Origin: Planctomycetota bacterium
Lineage (GTDB): Bacteria; Planctomycetota; GCA-002687715; DRQF01
Assembly (NCBI GenBank): GCA_027001995.1
Contig: JALTLO010000150.1
Location: 1 to 39,499 of the forward strand
Direction of reading: 5' to 3'
Length of the DNA stretch: 39,499 bases
Of the stretch, positions 1 to 8,644 are shown piece by piece; within the stretch, counting starts at the first letter, position 1, and every line of letters begins with the position of its first letter. Position numbers and translations under genes: made by a program. The notes below the pieces were generated by a model. That model did no database searches. It was given only the letters and a program-made list of their open reading frames with translations, and was not told the origin of the DNA.

Positions 1-333
1 ACCGCGAGAGTCAAATTCGACATCGAATACCAAAAACAAAGAGAGATCAAGAATAGCGAAGCCACCGGTATACCTGAGGAAACCTTGATTCAAATACAGA
101 AAATCTGCAAACGCGTCTATCGTCTGTTAGACCTGAACGGCTACGCAAGAATTGATTTGCGACTCCGTGAAGACGGCAAGCCCTTTGTCCTGGAAGCAAA
201 TCCGAATCCTCAAATCGCCTGGGGTGATGAGTTCGCTGAATCAGCAGAAAAAGCGGGACTCAGTTACCAAGAACTCATCCAAAAGATGTTGAATTTAGGG
301 CTCAAATGGCAACCCAGGCGAAGCAAGAGTTAG
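1..333 (+). CDS. D-alanine--D-alanine ligase-family ATP-grasp enzyme, C-terminal part (5' truncated by window edge)
   Basis: Frame 1 is open from base 1 (TARVKFDIEYQKQ...). It contains the Ddl-type C-terminal motifs GYARIDLRL and LEANPNP, plus FAESAEKAGLSY. Confidence 0.85.
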   Translation, partial: TARVKFDIEYQKQREIKNSEATGIPEETLIQIQKICKRVYRLLDLNGYARIDLRLREDGKPFVLEANPNPQIAWGDEFAESAEKAGLSYQELIQKMLNLGLKWQPRRSKS

Positions 334-528
334 CTCAATTCGGGAATACCCTGCAGAGAGTTCCTCAAGCCGCCAGTCCGAAGACTGAGTGAATTCAGGA
401 CATTGTCCCGACCTGCAATGAATCCCCATCAAACCCCGATGAATTGTCCAAAAAACGTCTCTCCCATGGTCCGAAATGAGATAAACTCCGCCAGTCCAGA
501 ATCGATTCGTCAAAGGACAGGAAACTCT

Positions 529-2319
529 ATGAGACACTTCGCAACTATCGTCCTACTACTCTCAACATTTCTGGCCACAGCCTTGCCGCTTTTCGGCCAA
601 ATCGGAGTGCTCACGACAGCGGCAGAAGCTGCGGCTACTAGGGGATTCATCGGCGGTGCCCAAGCAGCCATGGACAATTGGAAAGAAAACGAAAAACAAC
701 GCCACACCCTCCATAAGACAACGATCGCCAACGAGAAAGACGCCATCGCGGCTATGAACCGATTTGCCCAACAAGGCATCATTGCCGTCCTTCTTGACCG
801 CCTGCCCAAGACGCTGGTTCAAGTAACTCTCCGAGAGTGCAAGAAATCCGGGATCGTTGCTTTGCGATTCCAGGAGACATCGACGACGATCTTCACGGCT
901 ATCGAAGATCTTTTGATCCATCGGCTCAGATTCCACAATTTGGCTCTTTTGAGTGGCAAAGGCAAGGGGCCAAATGAACTCAAGAAGCTCTTCAAGAAGA
1001 AACTCAAGGGTTGGCAAGACCCAGCATTCCTGTCGAATATTTCGATCAAGGCCAAGAAGTTGGCAACGAACATATTGAAAGAGAAAGTCGATGGTATTGT
1101 CATCGACGGAGATCCCCACCGTGTCCGTAAAGCTCTTGAGGGCCTCAAGGACTCACTCACTGTGCCTGTTTTCTTGACTCCCAGATCCTTCGAACACGGG
1201 ATACAACTGCCGGCTGGAGCCTTTGTTCTTCTTGGGCAAAACCCAATGACCCACAAATTGGGCGTCGAAGCAACCGCTCCCTTTAAGAAGGCCGACAACA
1301 CACTCTTAGAGCGCGGATGGGGAGACGGATATGACGGAGTCACCTTTGTGCTCCGGGCATGGAAAAAGAACCCAGATGATTTCTTGAAGTCTGCGGCGTC
1401 AACAAGATTCCCTGGACTTCGGGGGCCTGTGACCGCGAGAGTCGAGAGGGACACCATCTATCTTGATCGAGCCTTAGGGGTCTGGGCTTTGAAAGATAGC
1501 AAGGCTCTGGCACTCCTCCCCGGCCCCGATGATTCTGGCATACGAGCCAAGAACGATCCCCAACGAAGGATCTCCAAGCCGAGGTTTGGTGTTCCCTACG
1601 GTGTTGATATGAGCAACCAATTCAAACTAACCAAGGGAACGCAGCATGTTTTCGTGAGTTGGGGGGTTCCTGGGCAGTCCACCATCGATGCCGACTTAAA
1701 GCTATTGGGGCTTTCTTCCGGTGGGAAATGCCCTCTGGCCGATCATCTGGTCAAAAAAGAACTCCTGGGCCGCATGATGGCCATCACGTCACAGAAGTTC
1801 CTCCGGCGAGCGGATGGGACCGCCAGGTCCGGTGAGAGTTTCGCAATTTCTTTTGCCACTCATTACCCACCACGAGCTAAGAAAGGGGCAGCTTGGAAAC
1901 TCGTCATTGCAGGTGATGACCCAGACGCCGGTGGCCGGGCATACCCCGGTTCGGGTCTAGCATTCACATTCTCAACTTTCTTGCGCAGGACGATTTTTCA
2001 ATCGAAAGCCATCTCCCCTCCTCTCAACGCAGCAGACCTGCCAGACCTCTTAGGCTGCAAGACTCAAGACGAATTTTGGGACGACTCCCGGGCCTTAATG
2101 ATCCAAGCTCTCATTGACGGTTACGCTGGCAGCATGGCCCTAACGACAGCCCACGAAGTTGGCCACCTTGCTGGATTGGGACACATCACAGACGACTCCC
2201 GCGGCATAATGAATGTCAACGAAGGCGCAGGATTGGGTTATCGCTTTGGGCGCTTCTCTGAAGGCAGCAAAACAAAACTGCGCCGCACCTTGGGTCTCGA
2301 CGGCCCCAAGAAACCTTAG
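529..2319 (+). CDS. Secreted protein: type-1 periplasmic-binding-protein-like N-terminal region fused to a C-terminal metzincin zinc metalloprotease domain
   Basis: ATG 529 follows AGGA/GGA and begins a signal peptide (MRHFATIVLLLSTFLATALPLFG). PBP1-like motifs are IGVL..GAQAAMD and GYDGV...FPGLRGPV. The zinc motif HEVGHLAGLGH (2152-2184) is followed by a Met-turn-like GIMN. Confidence 0.7.
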   Translation: MRHFATIVLLLSTFLATALPLFGQIGVLTTAAEAAATRGFIGGAQAAMDNWKENEKQRHTLHKTTIANEKDAIAAMNRFAQQGIIAVLLDRLPKTLVQVTLRECKKSGIVALRFQETSTTIFTAIEDLLIHRLRFHNLALLSGKGKGPNELKKLFKKKLKGWQDPAFLSNISIKAKKLATNILKEKVDGIVIDGDPHRVRKALEGLKDSLTVPVFLTPRSFEHGIQLPAGAFVLLGQNPMTHKLGVEATAPFKKADNTLLERGWGDGYDGVTFVLRAWKKNPDDFLKSAASTRFPGLRGPVTARVERDTIYLDRALGVWALKDSKALALLPGPDDSGIRAKNDPQRRISKPRFGVPYGVDMSNQFKLTKGTQHVFVSWGVPGQSTIDADLKLLGLSSGGKCPLADHLVKKELLGRMMAITSQKFLRRADGTARSGESFAISFATHYPPRAKKGAAWKLVIAGDDPDAGGRAYPGSGLAFTFSTFLRRTIFQSKAISPPLNAADLPDLLGCKTQDEFWDDSRALMIQALIDGYAGSMALTTAHEVGHLAGLGHITDDSRGIMNVNEGAGLGYRFGRFSEGSKTKLRRTLGLDGPKKP

Positions 2320-2717
2320 GCAACCCAACTCCATCATGAGATCGTAGTCGTCGTATAAGAAGTACCCTGAACAAAACACTCAAGAGAGCGGTTTTTATGA
2401 CTTCCTTTCGAGTCAAGAGACAGCCAGGGTTGGCTGTTCGTCGATCAAGTCCCACTTGCCCAAATAAGACCAATGAGACAGATAGGATGCTTTGTCTTCA
2501 TGTGGTCAACAACGGCGGTGAGATCAAAAAACAGCACGGCGTTTCAACATGAGGTAGTCTTCTGACGACAGCCCCCAATAAGAGAGAAATTTCGCAACTG
2601 CCTTGACCCATCTTCATACACGGGGTAAAAGTCTGTCACTTGTTCCTGCGCGCTGCTGAGAGCACTTAGCTTTTTGTCAGGGACTTTGACCTGGTTCGCG
2701 CCACGGAAGGAGTCCAC

Positions 2718-3494
2718 ATGATTTCACGTTACTTCGCCACCGCACTCTTAGCGGTTTTCTTATTTTCCTCGTCCACTGCCTTGGGGCACGTTCGATTAGA
2801 TTCACCCAACGGTGGCGAGTCCTATCGACCTGGCCAAGTTGTCACAATTGTATGGCATCCCTTGGTGAACCACGGCACAATCGGTTGGGAACTTGAATAT
2901 TCCCTAACTGGGCCGTCCGGACCTTGGCTACCTATCGACCTCAATATCCCTGCTGGCAATATCGCCGCCGGTTCGATTCACAATTACTTGTGGACCGTAC
3001 CCAACGTGATCGATTCAAGTGTTTGGGTCCGTATTCACCAAGTGAATCCTGGCACCGACTACTATGACTCAAGCAACAACAGCTTCGAGATCAAGAACGC
3101 CCTCACAGGGGACATAACAACCATGAGCATCAGCGTTGGTGGCAGTCTCAGCCTCAATTTGGACGCTAGCCCGGACCTGGGATCTGAGGTTTTCACCATC
3201 TTGGGCAACTTCACTGGAACCTCACCGGGAATCCCGTACCAAGGATTCGTGATCCCATTGAATCAAGATTTCTATTTCGATCAGACGGTGCTCCTGCCCA
3301 ATTTCCCACCACTGACTAACTCTCTGGGATTTCTATCAGCTACTGGAACAGCACAGACAGTCTTCACTTTGGCCCCTGGGGCTCTCGACCCGAGCACCGC
3401 TGGCATCGTTATCAATCATGCCGCCATTATCGTCGACAATTCTTTCCAGGTACAACTCGTATCTAATCCTGTTTCCCTCCTGTTAGCACCCTAA
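2718..3494 (+). CDS. Secreted protein: Ig-like N-terminal domain beginning with His after the signal peptide, plus a C-terminal ~130 aa domain of unknown function
   Basis: Strong RBS GAAGGAG. Signal peptide ends in ALG, followed by HVRLDSPNGGE...TIVW (SPNGGE-type beta-sandwich). Confidence 0.75.
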   Translation: MISRYFATALLAVFLFSSSTALGHVRLDSPNGGESYRPGQVVTIVWHPLVNHGTIGWELEYSLTGPSGPWLPIDLNIPAGNIAAGSIHNYLWTVPNVIDSSVWVRIHQVNPGTDYYDSSNNSFEIKNALTGDITTMSISVGGSLSLNLDASPDLGSEVFTILGNFTGTSPGIPYQGFVIPLNQDFYFDQTVLLPNFPPLTNSLGFLSATGTAQTVFTLAPGALDPSTAGIVINHAAIIVDNSFQVQLVSNPVSLLLAP

Positions 3495-3574
3495 TTTTCA
3501 ATCGCAAGTCTGCTCACCGGCGTCGAGATCATTTGTGAGGTGAGTGGTCGGACAAACATAGTATTGGAAAACCA

Positions 3575-3619
3575 AAAGGCGGAGCCATTTCCCTTGGCTC
3601 CGCCTTTCTCATTTTTTTT
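3575..3619. terminator. Intrinsic terminator between convergent genes, probably bidirectional
   Basis: 13-bp perfect stem AAAGGCGGAGCCA (3575-3587) / TGGCTCCGCCTTT (3595-3607) with a 7-nt loop. T-rich tract on the right and A-runs on the left. Confidence 0.85.
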
Positions 3620-3639
3620 CATTCAACAGGTCAGAGAAA

Positions 3640-5010
3640 TTACAGTAAGGCTTCTGCTTTGCGGGCAGTGTTACGAACAACTTCCGACAAAGAAGGATGA
3701 ATGTGAATAATATCGGTCAAAGATGAAATATGGTTGCGCCACTTCATGACTGGAATAACCTCATGGAGGAGGACGCTCGCTTGGTAGCCAATAATATGAC
3801 AACCCAAGATCTCCCCGTCTTCTGACAGGATGATCTTGCACAGACCATTTTCTTCCTTGATTGCCCGCCCCTTGGCCGCGGAGGTATAGGGCAGACTCGC
3901 AGCAAGGAACTTCGTCCCCTCCTTTGTCAACTCATCTTCTGTTTTCCCAACACCAGCGATTTCTGGATTGGAAAAAACGGCGTGAGGCATCGGTGGATAA
4001 GAAAGCGGCCTTTTTTCCCCTTCTAGAATAACGTCACCTAAGTAAGTTGCAGCGAATGCCGCGGAATGAGTGAACTGATAGGAACCGATGACGTCTCCCA
4101 GTGCATAAACACCAGGAACCCCCGTCTCAAGGTGATCATCGACAACAATATGGCCTCGATCGCTTCTCTCGATTTCTGTGTTCTCAACACCAATCTCATC
4201 ACTGTTAGATTGACGCCCCACAGCGAAAAGGAGAGCTTCCGAACTGTGCTCGAAGGAGGATGCGCCTTTTTCTTGCAGTTGCAACGTGAATTCGCCATCT
4301 TGGTGTGAAACCGATGTGATCGAAGTATTGAATTTGACCGCGACGTTTCCAGAAAAAGCTGGCTTGAATAAGGACCCAATCTCGGAATCTTCAGCTCGCA
4401 GAAGAGAGTCGCTACGTACGAGAAGAGTCGTCTCGATCCCAATCGCGTGAAAAAAATATCCAAGCTCACAAGCGATATACCCCCCCCCGACCACAGTGAC
4501 GGACTTAGGAGCCTTGCTCAAGTCAAAGACATCGTCACTCGTCCAATAGGGAGTTCCAGACAAGCCTGGGGTTTCAGGAACGAAGGGCCTCGAACCGGTG
4601 CCAATAACGATCCTATCTGCCGTCAGGATCTCCCCCGCCACCTTTATGGACTTATTGTCGACGAAAGTACCAGCTCCACGATAGAGCTGCACCGAATCGG
4701 GAAGATTGCGTTCAATCTTGCCATCTGTCCCTCTCAAAGTCGCATCCGCCACTTCATTCAGGATTCTATCGGCGTCAATAGAGTGAATAGATGCTTCGAT
4801 GTGAAACTTAGAGGCCTGTCGAATATGCTCTGCTATATCTGCAAAGCCCAATAACAATTTAGATGGAATACATCCTCGATTGGGGCATGCCCCCCCCAAG
4901 AGGTCTTTTTCAATGATAGCAACGGACTGCCCAGCATTGGCAGCTCGGATCCCCACAGTAATGGCATTGCCACCACCAAGCACGATCAGATCGAATTTTG
5001 TTGTTTTCAT
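3640..5010 (-). CDS. Class-I pyridine nucleotide-disulfide oxidoreductase (dihydrolipoamide dehydrogenase/mycothione reductase-like)
   Basis: FAD-binding start DLIVLGGG; redox disulfide GGACPNRGCIPSK; GGGYIACE; GVYALGD; catalytic HPSLSE. Confidence 0.92.
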   Translation of the reverse strand: MKTTKFDLIVLGGGNAITVGIRAANAGQSVAIIEKDLLGGACPNRGCIPSKLLLGFADIAEHIRQASKFHIEASIHSIDADRILNEVADATLRGTDGKIERNLPDSVQLYRGAGTFVDNKSIKVAGEILTADRIVIGTGSRPFVPETPGLSGTPYWTSDDVFDLSKAPKSVTVVGGGYIACELGYFFHAIGIETTLLVRSDSLLRAEDSEIGSLFKPAFSGNVAVKFNTSITSVSHQDGEFTLQLQEKGASSFEHSSEALLFAVGRQSNSDEIGVENTEIERSDRGHIVVDDHLETGVPGVYALGDVIGSYQFTHSAAFAATYLGDVILEGEKRPLSYPPMPHAVFSNPEIAGVGKTEDELTKEGTKFLAASLPYTSAAKGRAIKEENGLCKIILSEDGEILGCHIIGYQASVLLHEVIPVMKWRNHISSLTDIIHIHPSLSEVVRNTARKAEALL

Positions 5011-5201
5011 GTTTCATCTTGCCTTCTCTCGTGAAGCAATTCAAATCGAGCTCAAAGTTTCGAACACTAAGACCTAACCGGGCCACCACTTAGAGGTGAT
5101 AAACCCGAATAAACAAGGAGAGAACCACTTCGACTTAAGTTGACCACTGGCAAGGGTCGAGAACAGGGATTAGACGAAGCAAAAACGGAGAAGAAGTCGC
5201 C

Positions 5202-6755
5202 ATGTCGAACGGCCAACAGTCATACTGCGCACGCTACAAGATCACATCTGATACTCTCAAGACACGCCTTGAGTTCATTGGCGTTGGAAGCCAAGAGCGC
5301 CAAGAAATGGAAAACCTCATCCCTTGGGCTCGCGCTGTTGCTCCTACAGTTGCCGCCGAATTCTACGACTTCCAATTCGAATTCCCAGCAACAAGACGAT
5401 TCTTCGAAGGTATGGCCCAGAAGAAAGGCATCACCATCGATGATCTTCGAAGAGCCTTGGAAGCAGCCCAAGCCGGCTACATCAACCAGATATTCGACGG
5501 TGCAAGAACTGGCTGGGGCCCAGACTACTTCGAAAGTCGTATGAGCATTGGCCAGACACATGATCGCATTGATCTACCCTTCAAGTGGTACATCGGCTCC
5601 TACACCAGCATGTACGACATCCTGGCCAAGTACATGAAGGCCAAAATAAAAAATAAGAAAGTGGTCGACTCTTCCTTGAGAAGCCTACGAAAGATCATGA
5701 ACTACGACATGCAAGCCGTTGGTGACTCTTTCCTTTTGGGCACGCTGGAGTCTCTCGGTCTCGATGTCAAGGGGATTCAAACCAGCCCGGGACAAGATGC
5801 AACAGAATACATTGGCACGGTCAAAACACAAGTCAAGTCGATCCTGGATCAAGCCGACGCTCTGTCAAACAAGAGAATCAACGATCCTTCATTGGCGAAT
5901 ATGGTTCCCGGAAGAATCGGCAAAGCGATGGCTGGCATCGTGAAGAACATGCGTATCTTCCTCGACGAAGTCACCTCATCGACACAATCCGTCAACAACG
6001 TGGCTCAAGACCTTTCAGCCTTGACAGAGCAACTGAGTTCCAATGCACAACTAACTCAAGAGCAAGCGGAACACGTTTCTCAAGCCGTCAGCGACAAGAC
6101 TGCCGTCGAGCAATCGGTGGCTGCGGGGTCCATCGAAATGACAGAAAGCATCACCGAGATTTCCAAGAACGCCTGCGATGGCGCTCAAGTTGCTGGACGA
6201 GCCGTCGGTGTCGCGGAAAGTACAGCCCAACAAGTCGAGAAACTCAACGACAGCAGTATTGAAATCGGCAAAGTCGTCAAGCTTATTAGTTCGATTGCCG
6301 CACAAACCAACCTCTTGGCTCTCAATGCTACGATTGAGGCCGCTCGTGCTGGGGAAGCCGGTAAAGGTTTCGCTGTTGTTGCGACGGAGGTTAAGGAGCT
6401 TGCCAAAGAAACATCCATCGCCACAGAAGAGATCGGGCGAAACGTCGAGTCGATTCAAGCGGATACCCGCCAATCGGTCGATGCCATTACCGAGATCTCA
6501 ACGATCATCGGCCAACTCGACGACATTCAAAATAACATCGCCGCCGCCGTTGAAGAACAAACGGCGACAACAAATGACATGAGTCGAAGTATTGGTGATT
6601 CTGCCGATCGCAGTTCCGAAATGGAAAGAGGAATTCAGCAGGTGACTCAAGCCGCCGTGGACACTTCGAAACATCTAGGAGAAGCACAACACAAAGCGGA
6701 AGAACTTTCCAGCTTGGCAGACAATCTCTTGGCTTTGGTGAGCCAATACAAATAG
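5202..6755 (+). CDS. Globin-coupled methyl-accepting chemotaxis protein (HemAT-like soluble chemoreceptor)
   Basis: N-terminal sensor globin ([18 protein letters not shown] with the proximal His; WYIGSY). MCP signalling motif [37 protein letters not shown]. No transmembrane helix. Confidence 0.92.
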   Translation: MSNGQQSYCARYKITSDTLKTRLEFIGVGSQERQEMENLIPWARAVAPTVAAEFYDFQFEFPATRRFFEGMAQKKGITIDDLRRALEAAQAGYINQIFDGARTGWGPDYFESRMSIGQTHDRIDLPFKWYIGSYTSMYDILAKYMKAKIKNKKVVDSSLRSLRKIMNYDMQAVGDSFLLGTLESLGLDVKGIQTSPGQDATEYIGTVKTQVKSILDQADALSNKRINDPSLANMVPGRIGKAMAGIVKNMRIFLDEVTSSTQSVNNVAQDLSALTEQLSSNAQLTQEQAEHVSQAVSDKTAVEQSVAAGSIEMTESITEISKNACDGAQVAGRAVGVAESTAQQVEKLNDSSIEIGKVVKLISSIAAQTNLLALNATIEAARAGEAGKGFAVVATEVKELAKETSIATEEIGRNVESIQADTRQSVDAITEISTIIGQLDDIQNNIAAAVEEQTATTNDMSRSIGDSADRSSEMERGIQQVTQAAVDTSKHLGEAQHKAEELSSLADNLLALVSQYK

Positions 6756-6857
6756 ATCTCACTTCAGCAACAAACAAACCACTTGAGACCGAATCATTCA
6801 CAACCTCGTGCCACCAAGGGGCGGCCGCGATCTCATGAATCAGTCGGGTTAGAGATC

Positions 6858-6889
6858 GACCCGCAGAATTCCTGCGGGTCTTTTCTTTT
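6858..6889 (+). terminator. Rho-independent terminator downstream of the chemoreceptor gene
   Basis: 9-bp stem GACCCGCAG / CTGCGGGTC, 5-nt loop, then TTTTCTTTT. Confidence 0.85.
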
Positions 6890-6944
6890 CTGGGGACCGT
6901 CACCGAGACCTTGTGGTTTCTATGCCAAAAAACATGGCACCCGG

Positions 6945-8603
6945 CTAAGCGCCGAAGGCTTCCTCGCGCCTGAATGATCCGGAACCAAGCTCAGGCCAAG
7001 TGTCCCGTTCTCCCCGGGCCCCAATGACACGCCAATCGATCCGCTCGCCAGCTGGGATGAGGTCCCAGCCCCAATCAGGAATGCGATATTTGGCTTCACC
7101 AATGAAACCACCCCCTTGCCAATCGGTGGCGAATTCCGTTGTCCTGAACCCGTCACGGGAGAATTCCACAACGTAATTCTCGTCATGGCTTGCTGGAATC
7201 CAAGTCAATGTCGGTGGACTGACATAGCTGTCTGGGAAGCTTTCTCCCCCTCCCAAAGAGCGGTCCATCTCCACTCCCAAAGCCGGTGCCTCTGATTCGT
7301 CGTCAGCCCGGGCTCGGGTGGGATCGAGAATATGTGGCAAAGGACGATCATCGACCCCTGTGGGTACCAGGCCATCTCCAATCCACTGGGACATTTCAGC
7401 GCCAACTGAAATCTCTTGGATATGTTGACATCCCCGACAGAATGGAACAGGGCTCTTTCTCACTAGGCTCTCTCGCATTCTCGTGTAGGCTGGACTATTC
7501 CAAACTTCAGAGAAGCTTTGTTTCTCCAGTTTCCCCAGATTCGGAGTCCCAGGGACACAACAAGCTTTCACCGTCCCGTCTAAGGCCACATAGGTCTTGT
7601 TCCACAGGAAGTCACAAACCCAAATGCTTCCATTCTGGCCATGGCTCTCAAATTCGGTACCCTGAGGCCAAGACACGAATTCGGCCCCCTTCTTTGCCCT
7701 CTCCCGCAGATCGCGAATAGCCTCAAAATTCTGTGCGTCTTGGGAGAATTTCGGAAACTGGCGAAGTTCATTCAAATGAACAACCTTCTGCCCCAGCCCT
7801 TCCACCACTCCGTCCGACAGCGAATAGCTCCGAAATCCATCGTCAGATGTCGCCGTCGATGCAATCAACTGATCCAAGGGCTGCACTAGTAAAGTGACCC
7901 CCATCTCCTGAGCCCTCACCATCGCCTCGTCGATGCAGGAGATCGCCAAGTCCACATCGTGCACAAGGGACTGTCCTTTCATCAAGTCAGTCACGGGATG
8001 TACGTGAGAAGTGGCTAAGAAATCCACGCCGATGTCCCAGGCCAATTCAACAAGCTGTGGCAATTCCTCAATGTTTCTCCGCATCAAAACACAAGCCAAG
8101 CCAATAATGGGTCGCTCACTCAAAGGGATGAGCTTCACATCCTTAGAGATTCGCTTGAGGTTCTCAACGACCTCCTCAAAAACTCCTCCTTCTCTCACCC
8201 ATTCAAAAGTTTCTTTTGTTGCACCGTCGAATGAGACAATCAACTTTCCAAGTGAGGGAACGATGGCCTCACGCATTTTCGCGTTCAACAAGCTTGCGTT
8301 TGAACAGATCTCCGTTTTAACCCCATATTTCTGAGCTTCTTTCAACATGAAAGGGAGCCCCTTTGACATAAGAGGTTCCCCAGAAATGCTGGGTTGAAAG
8401 CGGTATGCAAAAGGAAAAAGTTCCGCAGCGACACGCTCAAAAAGATCTTGATCCATATGAGGACCAGTCACTGTGGTTCCATCCTGAAATTGAAGACACA
8501 TAGCGCAACGCAAGTTGCAGTACCGGGTGGTTTCAATGCTGACAAACTCCGGTGGTGGGACCCGCCCGTCAAAGTAAGTATTCATTGGTGTCACTTGATT
8601 CAT
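6945..8603 (-). CDS. Radical SAM enzyme with SPASM/twitch domain and an extra C-terminal beta-rich domain
   Basis: CNLRCAMC (CxxxCxxC); SGEPL; VSFDGA; SPASM-like C..W...DGTVKACC...LGKL...FSEVWNS...CRGC. The start could also be at 8585. Confidence 0.9.
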   Translation of the reverse strand: MNQVTPMNTYFDGRVPPPEFVSIETTRYCNLRCAMCLQFQDGTTVTGPHMDQDLFERVAAELFPFAYRFQPSISGEPLMSKGLPFMLKEAQKYGVKTEICSNASLLNAKMREAIVPSLGKLIVSFDGATKETFEWVREGGVFEEVVENLKRISKDVKLIPLSERPIIGLACVLMRRNIEELPQLVELAWDIGVDFLATSHVHPVTDLMKGQSLVHDVDLAISCIDEAMVRAQEMGVTLLVQPLDQLIASTATSDDGFRSYSLSDGVVEGLGQKVVHLNELRQFPKFSQDAQNFEAIRDLRERAKKGAEFVSWPQGTEFESHGQNGSIWVCDFLWNKTYVALDGTVKACCVPGTPNLGKLEKQSFSEVWNSPAYTRMRESLVRKSPVPFCRGCQHIQEISVGAEMSQWIGDGLVPTGVDDRPLPHILDPTRARADDESEAPALGVEMDRSLGGGESFPDSYVSPPTLTWIPASHDENYVVEFSRDGFRTTEFATDWQGGGFIGEAKYRIPDWGWDLIPAGERIDWRVIGARGERDTWPELGSGSFRREEAFGA

Positions 8604-8644
8604 TTACAAAGGCCATTCATCGGCAAAACTGCCGTACCATCGTT

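Noticed and set aside
1..333. Assigning the symbol ddl
   Set aside because: Only the C-terminus is visible, no cell-wall genes are in view, and Ddl-like ATP-grasp paralogs are common.
403..528. N-terminal extension of the 638-aa ORF from TTG 403
   Set aside because: The signal peptide and RBS-like sequence point to ATG 529; the extension looks non-coding.
510..1457. Long antisense ORFs (e.g. 562-1119, 819-1457) and similar shadow ORFs across the window
   Set aside because: They lie wholly opposite or within well-supported genes and show no recognisable motifs.
2320..2600. Possible ncRNA in the 398-bp gap (stem ACAGCCA/TGGCTGT at 2420-2437)
   Set aside because: Only isolated short stems; no tRNA, riboswitch or other known RNA motif recognised.
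3640..5010. Mercuric reductase (merA)
   Set aside because: No C-terminal Cys-Cys pair, no N-terminal metal-binding domain and no mer genes nearby; it has the HPxxxE motif instead.
5130..5170. Sigma-28-like promoter (TTAAG...GTCGAGAA) before the chemoreceptor
   Set aside because: Spacing and sequence deviate from the TAAA-N15-GCCGATAA consensus; cannot be supported.
6783..6977. 64-aa ORF as a radical SAM precursor peptide
   Set aside because: It is on the opposite strand to the enzyme, runs through a clear terminator and has no leader/core pattern.
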